Positions 54,357 to 64,000 of a stretch of DNA of 64,000 bases are shown in pieces. The translations under genes were made by a program, and so were the position numbers. Source of the DNA: Octopus vulgaris (Eukaryota); assembly GCA_951406725.2 (NCBI GenBank), contig OX597821.1, positions 100,688,001 to 100,752,000 on the forward strand. The letters are read 5' to 3'. The notes beneath the pieces were generated by a model that saw only the letters and a program-made list of their open reading frames with translations, had not been told where the DNA came from and did no database searches. The stretch's first letter is position 1, and every line of letters begins with the position of its first letter.

Positions 54357-54560
54357 CAGTCACTCTCCAATAGGCTTATAGTCGAGCATGTAGCAGTTGA
54401 GACCTCCGGCGTTCGTGGCCCATGGACCATACCTCTGCTCACCGTTATCGGATCGGAAATTGCTGTCCGCAAGTGCAGGCCCCGTGTGTCAAAATGGCTG
54501 TTCCAGTGCTTCTTCCTCGTTGTCCTCTGGGGCAACGCTTTTTTCATTTTGTCAGCTGGT
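54357..54560 (+). mobile_element. CRE-like non-LTR retrotransposon C-terminal fragment
   Basis: Frame absent from the ORF track: HVAVETSGVRGPWTIPLLTVIGSEIAVRKCRPRVSKWLFQCFFLVVLWGNAFFIL, matching the PxAVETxG...FxxQRLSxAVQRGNA RLE tail. Confidence 0.7.
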
Positions 54561-54782
54561 GCCATAGGAAATGTGTCTACATTACGAGAGGCAAGATTCT
54601 TCGTTAATCCATCATACACACAATAAGTTTAAGAGTTTTGTATGTGTGTGTGTTTATTGTATATCATTATTTTTACTTAATTTATTCTGGCCAAGAATAC
54701 CCATCTTTCTTTAGAAAATAATTTTTTGTAACTTGTGAGTCAACTTCATTGATAAACCTATTTTATTATTTACTTTTTATAA

Positions 54783-55172
54783 AAGCGGCGAGCTGGCATA
54801 AACATTAAGCACGACGGGCGAAATGCTTAGCGGTATTTCGTCTGCCATTACGTCGTGAATTCAAATTCCGCCGAGGTCGACTTTGCCTTTCATCCTTTCG
54901 GGATCGATAAATTAAATACCAGTTACGCACTGGGGTCGATGTAATCGACTTAATCCGTTTGTCTGTCCTTGTTTGTCTTCCCTATGTTTAACCACTTGTG
55001 GGTAGTGAAGAAATAGGTATTTCGTTTGTGTTTACGTTCTAAGTTCAAATTCCGCAGAGGTCGACTTATCCTTCCAGGGTCGATAAATTAAGTACCAGTT
55101 TCGTACTGGGGTCGATCTAATCGACTGGCCCCATCCCAAACATTTCAGGCCTTGTGCCTAGAGTAGAAAAGA
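54783..55172 (+). mobile_element. Composite SINE B with the same junction as 53335
   Basis: GTGAAGAAATA-GGTATTTCGTTTGTGTTTACG. Confidence 0.85.
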
Positions 55173-55585
55173 TTATATACACTTGTATATCTCTAAACAG
55201 TAATAAAACATTTTAATATAGTAAACGTTTCTTTTATTGGAATATTCCTTTACCTTGCTTTACTTAATCCCTAGCTGAATATATAATAATATTTCATTGA
55301 CATAAATGTTAGTTATTCCGAGTATAAAACAGCAGGTATACAATTTCATAATATAAAGTTAGACAAAATTGCATTTGTCTCTTGCGTAACCTCATGTCAA
55401 CCACAATCAGGCTTTTGATTAAGTCCCAGCCTGCATCTTAGTAGCAGTAAGCTATTGGCTTGTCCACTTTGTCCAAACCATATAGTGACCTTCTTTCCGG
55501 CTTCGATGATTGGATATAGGCCGTCTTCTTTACTACACGAGTAACTCAAAGTACAGTCAGTTTTGTAATGGATAGTTCTGTGGGT

Positions 55586-56028
55586 GAGACATCTCCTGGA
55601 AAGTTCCGAGAGTGAGACACTTACTCGAAAGTTCCGGGAATGAGACTTCCTAGAAAATTCCGAGTATTTCCTGAAAGGTTCCGAGGATGAGACACTTTCT
55701 GGAAAACTCCGATGATTAACTGGACAGTTCCGACGATGAGAGACTTCCTAGAGAGAACCGAGGATGAGACTTCCTGGAAATTTCTGAGGACTTCATGGAA
55801 AGTTCCGCGGATGAGACACTTCCAGGACAGTTCCGAATATGGCATTTCCTGGAGAATTCCGAGGATTTCCTGGAAAGTTCCGTGGGTTACACTTCCTGGA
55901 AAATTCCGATGACCTCATGGAAAGTTCCGCGGACTTCGTAGAAAGTTCCGAGGATGCGACTTCCTGGAAATTTCCGAAGACTTCCCGGAAAGTTCCGAGG
56001 AAGAAACTTCCTGGAAAATCCCGTGGAC
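55586..56028. repeat. Minisatellite, about 18 units of 21-29 bp, core TTCCTGGAAAGTTCCGAGGA
   Basis: Units counted by eye; short and long units differ by an optional TGAGAC(AC) piece. Confidence 0.9.
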
Positions 56029-56136
56029 TTTTGCAGATGAGCAGCGAACAACTAGAACTCTTCCAAATGCGTTAAATGCAAAACCTCGGCTAGAATTATA
56101 TCTCAAAATTCAGGTCTCTTCAAAACTAGTAAATAC

Positions 56137-56348
56137 TTATTTCTTTACTACCGACAAGGGGCTAAACACAGAAGGGACAAACAAGGACAGACAAACGGAT
56201 TAAGTTGATTACATCGACCCCCAGTGCGTAACAGCTACTTAATTTATCGACACCGAAAGGATGAAAGGCAAAGTCGACCTCGGCGGAATTTGAACTCAGA
56301 ACGTAACGGCAGACGAAATGCGGCTACGCATTTCGCCCGACGTGCTAA
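56137..56348 (-). mobile_element. Young SINE B, 5'-truncated, flanked by ~80-bp direct repeats
   Basis: 56058-56136 repeated at 56349-56430. Confidence 0.88.
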
Positions 56349-56605
56349 CCCTCCCAAATTCGTTAATTGCAAAACCTCGGCTAGAATTACGTCTCAAAAT
56401 TTAGGTCTTCTCTTCAAAACTAGAAAACACCAAAGCTCAACTGATACTTACAATGGACTGCTGCTCTCACATCTAGAACCTTCTGTTCACGATGAATCAC
56501 TGCTTAACACAGATATCCTCAACCACTTCTAGAGAAAGGACATTCGATTGGTTAGCATAAATACACTCACGGACATGATCCAGCTTTTGGCCCACATACA
56601 TATCT

Positions 56606-56644
<39 letters not shown>

Positions 56645-56652
56645 ATCTCTCG

Positions 56653-56700
<48 letters not shown>

Positions 56701-58341
56701 TATCCACCACTACAGCTATGACTTCTGCTCATCAAATCTGGCTGATATCTTGCAAATGCTACTCAGATACTCCCGTCTCGCCTCTTCCCACCGTTTATGC
56801 TGTGACTAACCCCCTAGGCCCTACACTATCCCATAATTCCAGGCTTTCCTCTCTAGAACGTAGGTCGCAAGAATTCACTCCCTGTTCACTTTTTTCTCCA
56901 AAGTCGTTGAGTTTTTAAACAGTTTTTACGCAGAACCTTGACGGAATAATTTACACTGTCTTGGAGGATCTGCGAAGGCCGTGAACACGGGCACGGGTAA
57001 TTAAAAAGAAATGCTTCTCGGTGATTCACTAAAATTTTGAACTACGGACTTCTTTCTTTCAGACACCTGCAGTCTTACTTAAGAGTTAACACGCACACGC
57101 ACACTCATATATATATGTATGTACGTAAAATTGTTTAATTGCTTTCCTTCTATTAAGATACATTCTAAATTGTTGTTCCTTCATCAAAGCGTATCTTATA
57201 GCTAGACAGAAAAAGCTCTGAATCTATAAGTTTTACATTATTTTCAATACGACACTTATATGTATTGCTGTTATATTTGTTAAAAACTAATATTTATTCA
57301 AATATGCAGAAACATTAATAAATTTTAGTCAAAATTATGATGATAGTATAATGAATGTGTTATTAAAATACGATATAATTATGTTTTAAACAAGAATTGA
57401 AAACGAATTCAGTAAGAAAAAAAAATGAGTATTTCAATACAATTTATTGCTAATCATTATTTGTTTTCCATTTTCCTTCATACGATCCTGTTATCGTTGC
57501 AGAAATAGGAAACTAATATTGGTTTCAAATTTTGGCACAAGGCCAGCAGTGTTGTGGAAGGGACTAAGTCGATTACATCGACCCCCCCCCCCCCCCCAGT
57601 GTTCAACTGCAACTTATCTTATTGACACCGAAAGGATGAAAGGCAATATCAACCTCGGTGGAATTTGAATTCAGAGCATTTTACCCGGCGATTTACGATT
57701 CTACCAGCTTGCCGCCTTATAGGAAACTAGTATTGATACCGTGTTGTACTTAATTCGACAGTACATAGTACATATCTTTTCTCCAGTTCAGTAATTAAAT
57801 ACTGTATCACACTGTTATATCGCAATACTACACAGTGGCTGTGTGTGCTACGAAATCCTCGTCGCCACTGTTATATCGCACGTTCGGATGACCTCTACTC
57901 AATTCCGTTACTCTTCTTCTACTCAACTACTCAGTCTACCTTGACGTCTAGACTTCTCCCTCTATATCTACGTATTGGGCTAGCCTACTTCATCGTCTGG
58001 GGGCGTCCACACAACACATACTAGTTGTATTCATTACATTTCTTCAAGTGCAGTGCTTCAAAATAAGAATAGCTATAACAATATTTTTTTCGCGTTCTAT
58101 TACTGATTAGGCTGATTACACAGTTTCCACGGCATATAAGTGACGAGAACCCAACAATCCCCCTGAGCGACACGCCGGTCCATTACAGAGTTCAATGCCT
58201 GCAATTTTAAGGAGTGTCACATGGATTACATCGACTCCAATATTTGAATGGTATTTTATTTTATCAACCCTGGAAGGATGAAAGGCAAGGTTAAACTCGA
58301 TGAGATTTGAACTCGAAACGTAAAGAGACGGAAGAAATGCC

Positions 58342-58570
58342 TATTTCTTTACTACCCACAAGGGGCTAAACACAGAGAGGACAAACAAGGACAGACTAAC
58401 GGATTAAGTCGATTATATCGACCCCAGTGTGTAACTGGTACTTATTTAATCGACTCCGAAAAGATGAAAGGCAAAGTCGACCTTGACGGAATTTGAACTC
58501 AGAACGTAACGGCAGACGAAATACGGCTACGCATTTCGCCCGGTGTGCTAACGATTCTGCCAGCTCGCCG
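58342..58570 (-). mobile_element. Young SINE B nested in an older SINE B (about 58200-58630) with 17-bp TSD
   Basis: GAGACGGAAGAAATGCC at 58325-58341 and 58571-58587. Confidence 0.9.
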
Positions 58571-59393
58571 GAGACGGAAGAAATGCCGTTAAGCATTTTG
58601 TCGGACGTGTTAACGGTTCTGCCAGCTCACCACCTAACAATATTAAGCTGTGTTCAGAAAAAAAGGTGTTATTTCGTAGTCAATTTTATAGCATTGACAA
58701 AACAACTGAGACATTCAACTTTATGTAGCATTTCAATAAAATTGAAGGATAAAATGTACTATGTGCAAAGGGTGGTAAATATAAAGGGTCAACGGGAGTT
58801 TAGGGCATTCATGCCTTTCTCAAAATCACTAACAAAGTGGAGGCAGGTTTGATAGCCAAGTCATGTTAAACAGAAGCAAAAAATTTATTTTCGTCTTAAA
58901 AAGAAAATATTTCTAGTTTCCACAATATTATGATGACAAGTTCAGGCCAAGTGAATGACTCTGGATGAATGGAGGGCAAAGTTGGCCTCGGCGAGATTTG
59001 AACTCAGCGCCGATAATTCGTCGTATATATATATATATATTAGTTCAAGAAAAGGTCATAGGTCTGGCATTAAAACCACGATCACCCCAACAACAACAAT
59101 TAAATCGGGTTTTGTTTACAATATCTCTCCTTTCTTATCTCCAATTCAATTATTGTGGGGTGTGATGACTCTTTTGTTCTGAAATGTTAGATGCTTCACG
59201 CCTCACATCATTTGAATTTATTGTACTTTTCTAATCCATCTGGCGTCTATCATCTAGACATCCTTTGGATTAGTTGTAACTGATACAAAACATCACTAAT
59301 TTCCTCGGATTCTGGACTTTATCTTCTCTTACAGTCACTTGGCTCCTTCTGCGTTTGTGTCACGCATTGAACACTGTAGTCTCTCAATCTCTT

Positions 59394-59470
<77 letters not shown>

Positions 59471-59471
<1 letters not shown>

Positions 59472-59843
59472 GGCGTAGGTAAGTAGCTTGTCTACCAACC
59501 ACATGGTTCCGGGTTCAGTCCCACTGCGTGCCACCTTGGACAAGTGTCTTCTACTATAGCCTCGGGCCGACCAAAGCCTTGTGAGTGGATTTGGTAGATG
59601 GAAACTGAAAGAAGCCCGTCGTATATATGTATATATATGTGTGTATGTGTGTGTGTGTGCGTGTCTGCTTGACAACCGATGGTGATGTGTTTACGTCTCC
59701 GTAACTTAGTGGTTCGGCAAGGGAGACCGATAGAATAAGTACTAAGCTTACAAAGAATAAGTCCTGGGGTCGATTTGCTCGACGAAAGGCGGTGCTCCAG
59801 CATGGCCACAGTCAAATGACTGAAACAAATAAAAGTGTAAAGA
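59471..59843 (+). mobile_element. SINE family A
   Basis: Near full length. Confidence 0.9.
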
Positions 59844-59942
59844 GTATATAAAGCCACATCAGACGCCATGATGGAACTAAGGTGTAGGTACATGAGGTGG
59901 TCAGACTTTGCATAAGGAGTAGACAACCACCATACACATATA

Positions 59943-60536
<594 letters not shown>

Positions 60537-62252
60537 CATATACATATACTGGTTCTGCATCAACGACATGAAGATGCGACATAGTTTCTACCTTCAAATT
60601 CTCACCAAAGAATCCACTTTCAACATTCAAATTTTTCTCACTAACCCACAACAGACTTTTCTATTCCAGGATTATCTTCACGAACAGCGGGTACATTCCT
60701 TCTATTTTAGATTCAATAATTCCGAGACATAGTAACATTTAGAGATCCATGATAACATTTACAGCTTGCACTTCATGCCCTTTTCAAACGATGGGGTCAC
60801 TTCACTTGATAGTTATCGATTAACAAATGTTAGCTGAGGAATTAACTTTTTTCCTTGTCTAAATGATAAACGTTTACAGGGATTAGCCTTCCTGCGTGTT
60901 TTACTGACTTGGATTAGATTTCAGTAAAGGATATTCCAATCGATACGTGCACAAATAACAGAAGAGAAAGAGGGAATGAGAAAATATTTAGAAAAAGGAA
61001 TAACAAACTAGACAGAGAAGAAAAACAATGAGAGAATATTTAAAGAGAACGCTGCAAGAGAAAAAAATGACAAAATGACGAAAGAACGTTGAAATTAGCA
61101 GAATAAGAAGTAAAAGAAAGAATCCGATAGATAGAAGAAAATAAACAAAGAGTTGAAAGAAAGATGGGCAGGGAAAAGCAGATGAGAAAGGCAGGATATT
61201 AGCGATACATGTTATTTTTCCAGTGAATTGAGTACATCTGCTGGTAACTTCCGTCTCGTCTCGTTTATGGGTTGTGAGGTTTTTTGTGGTTGGTGTTTTC
61301 TTAAATTCTCTTACTTTCGTAATTCTTTTTTTTTTTTTTTTTTTGCTGTTTTCCTTTATGTCTGTGTGCATTTGTAAATATCTACGTTTTGCTTTCTTTT
61401 GAATATGTGTTCTTGTGACTATATATCCTCCTGAATATAAGTTGGTGGACATATCCGCTCGTCTTAGTATGCATTGCGTGAGCATATGTCCGTGCAGGTA
61501 TATGTTCGTATATGTTAAGCGTGAATATCTGCTTTATGTATATACGTTCTGTGACTGTGGTTGTATTTATTTCGCTTCTTATTTCTAAACATTAATTAAA
61601 CTTCAACTACAGTACAGGTATCGACATTAGACAAACTGATGCTAACGTATTAATTCATACACAACCAAGATAGACGCGTATAAAATAAAATTGCTAGTGG
61701 GTATATGTGTATGGGATAGCGTATTTGTGTATGTATATGCATGTATGTGTATATATATATATATGAAATGTTTTCTTGGGTCGATTCCTACTCAAAACTT
61801 TGTGTCTGCAGGTGGACATATCTTCGCTCTGCAGCTACGAATACTTATACAAATACACGCACGTTTACACATGCACAGACACACTCAGCTTATACACATA
61901 TCGTAAAATAAACATCATGCTCTACTATGTATCGACAGCTTCAGTTTTACTGTCTTTATTATATGTATTTACACATTCCTATACATATATAAATATATAC
62001 ATGTTGAATATATATATGCATATATATCTATATGATTTACATTTGGAACTTGAGAAAGTCTTGCATTTTTTACTGCTCCACTCACAGATTGCACCTGTAA
62101 TGTACAAATTAGCTGGTCGATTTCTCTTTCTGAAAATCCTAGTTTATCCCAGATTATGTATGTATGTATGTATGTATGTATGTATGTATGTATGTACGTA
62201 TGTATGTATGTATGAAAACATGTACACATATTAATACATATGACTGAATTTA

Positions 62253-62322
<70 letters not shown>

Positions 62323-62428
62323 AGATGAGCCAAGCCGTGATTAAGAAAAGCAAACTTGATACCAGTTGAAATATTAGAAAATTACTATTTTTAAATCTCA
62401 CAACGAGAGATATTCAGCAACAGTACTT

Positions 62429-62720
62429 TGAAGTAAAAGTTGTTTGCCAACGCAAGATGAAGGTCCTGGTTTAGGACGAATGTTGCTGTAATTTAGCCCC
62501 GGAAGACATCGTCTACAGCTGGCTATACGACCTGATCTGTGTCCTTACATTTTTCGAACAAGGGGATGAGCTGGGGTGCTAGATTCTCTTGTACGAAAAA
62601 TATAAGAACACAGATCATCTCGTATAGCCAGCTGGAGACGATGTCTCCTGGGGCTAAATTACACCAACATTGGTCCTAAACCAGGACTGCCATGTTACGT
62701 TGGCAAACAACCTTTACTCA
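62429..62720. repeat. Imperfect palindrome with ~135-bp arms
   Basis: GTTGTTTGCCAACG...GTCCTGGTTTAGGAC...CAGCTGGCTATACGA mirrored by TCGTATAGCCAGCTG...GTCCTAAACCAGGAC...CGTTGGCAAACAAC. Confidence 0.9.
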
Positions 62721-64000
62721 AGTTGAAATATGTTTAAAAGATATTTGAACCAGTGAAAAGACATCTGATGTCAATTTAACATGGAGAAACGTAACACCAG
62801 TCAATAATTTTGTTTTTTATAAGACAAACCCAGTTTCTTAATCAGTTTGGAGTTGCATGGCCTTGGTATCTGTGCTGATGAGTAGATAATAACTTCGAAA
62901 TGTATGCATCCACCAGTCTGAACTGACCATGGTGTTCTTTTAATTCTATTCGGCTCCAGCGAGAATACTTCTTTTTAACAAACTGCAATGAAAAGACTTT
63001 TTTCAGATTGAAACATCTCTTAAACATATTTGAAAAGGTATCAAATTTGTGTGTGCGTAACTGTGTGTATGTGTGCATATGAGTGTGTGTATTTGTGTGT
63101 GTGTATTTGTGTGTGTGTATGTGTGGGGGTGCGAATATGTGTGCTTGCGTGCGTGAGTGTGTATGTGAATGAGAGAGAGAGAGAGTGAGTGAGAATTTTC
63201 TTTCAATAAACTAGTTATTTTTTGTAACCTCATAGATTTATAAAGACATTCTTTTAACATTTTTTGAAGATAATAATTCTCAAGGAATCTGCAAAATAGC
63301 TACACACTATAAGGAGAGAATGCATTATTACCGCAGACATTTCAGCATTATCAAGTTACTGATTTTATTAGTAGCAGATCATACGATTATGTCTCACATT
63401 TATCAAGATGAAGAGGGAGTTTCGAACGTAGAATATTTCGCAGTAGCTTGTGAGGAAAAGAGCGTAATCTTTTAACTGGTGTACTAACGCCTAAGATTAA
63501 CTATGCGGCTTTAACATAAGGAGCCGACTGGAGTGCTATAAGCTGATCTGGAGCAATATCAGGCTAATATCCTATTATTTTTATCGGTGATTATTATTTC
63601 CTTACCTGTTTCCACTTATAATTAGGTGTATTGAGTGTGTGTGTGTGCGTGTGTTTGTGTGTGTGGTAACTGTTTACGTGTATGTAGCTAGACGGATATA
63701 AAGACGGATGAATAAATAGAAGAATAGATGGGTGGTTGAATAGATGGACCGATGGATGAACGGATGAATGAATGAATAGATGGATATGTTGATGGATGGA
63801 GAGGAAGAGACAAATTGGAAAAGAAAAAAGGGAGACTAAGAGAGAGAAATGAACAGAGCAGGTAACAGCAGGGAGATGGGAGGGAGAGGGAGAGTAAGGC
63901 AACAAGGAGGAGAGAGAGAGAGAGAGAGAGAGAAAGGTGTGATAGAACGGGGGAGAAAGTGAGGACAAAATGAGTTGATTGGGCGAATTGTCAGGAAGGG

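Noticed and set aside
55586-56028. CRISPR-like appearance of the minisatellite
   Set aside because: No unique spacers, degenerate contiguous units, no cas genes, eukaryotic context.

Overview
AT-rich, microsatellite-dense eukaryotic non-coding DNA with no recognisable host exon. The repeat content suggests a cephalopod, probably Octopus; this is inferred and unconfirmed. The ORF-track entries are microsatellite artefacts or transposon remnants. Mobile elements include at least four tRNA-derived SINE families, three mariner remnants (one full-length with perfect 37-bp TIRs), R4/Dong, RTE, CR1 and CRE LINE fragments, and non-autonomous Helitrons. The most striking signal is about ten type I hammerhead ribozyme motifs (CUGANGA...GAAA...GUH, mostly with a palindromic stem III) in short non-coding elements of several families, usually embedded in (TA)n tracts. 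These resemble Penelope pseudo-LTR or retrozyme units, and one family has a shared A6U core variant. Other notable features are SINEs flanked by 80-147 bp direct repeats, a young SINE repeatedly joined at the same site inside older relatives, an internally deleted Dong-like element, several fold-back palindromes, and an 18-unit minisatellite of overlapping STAT and Rel-like motifs. All calls were read by eye and element ends are approximate.
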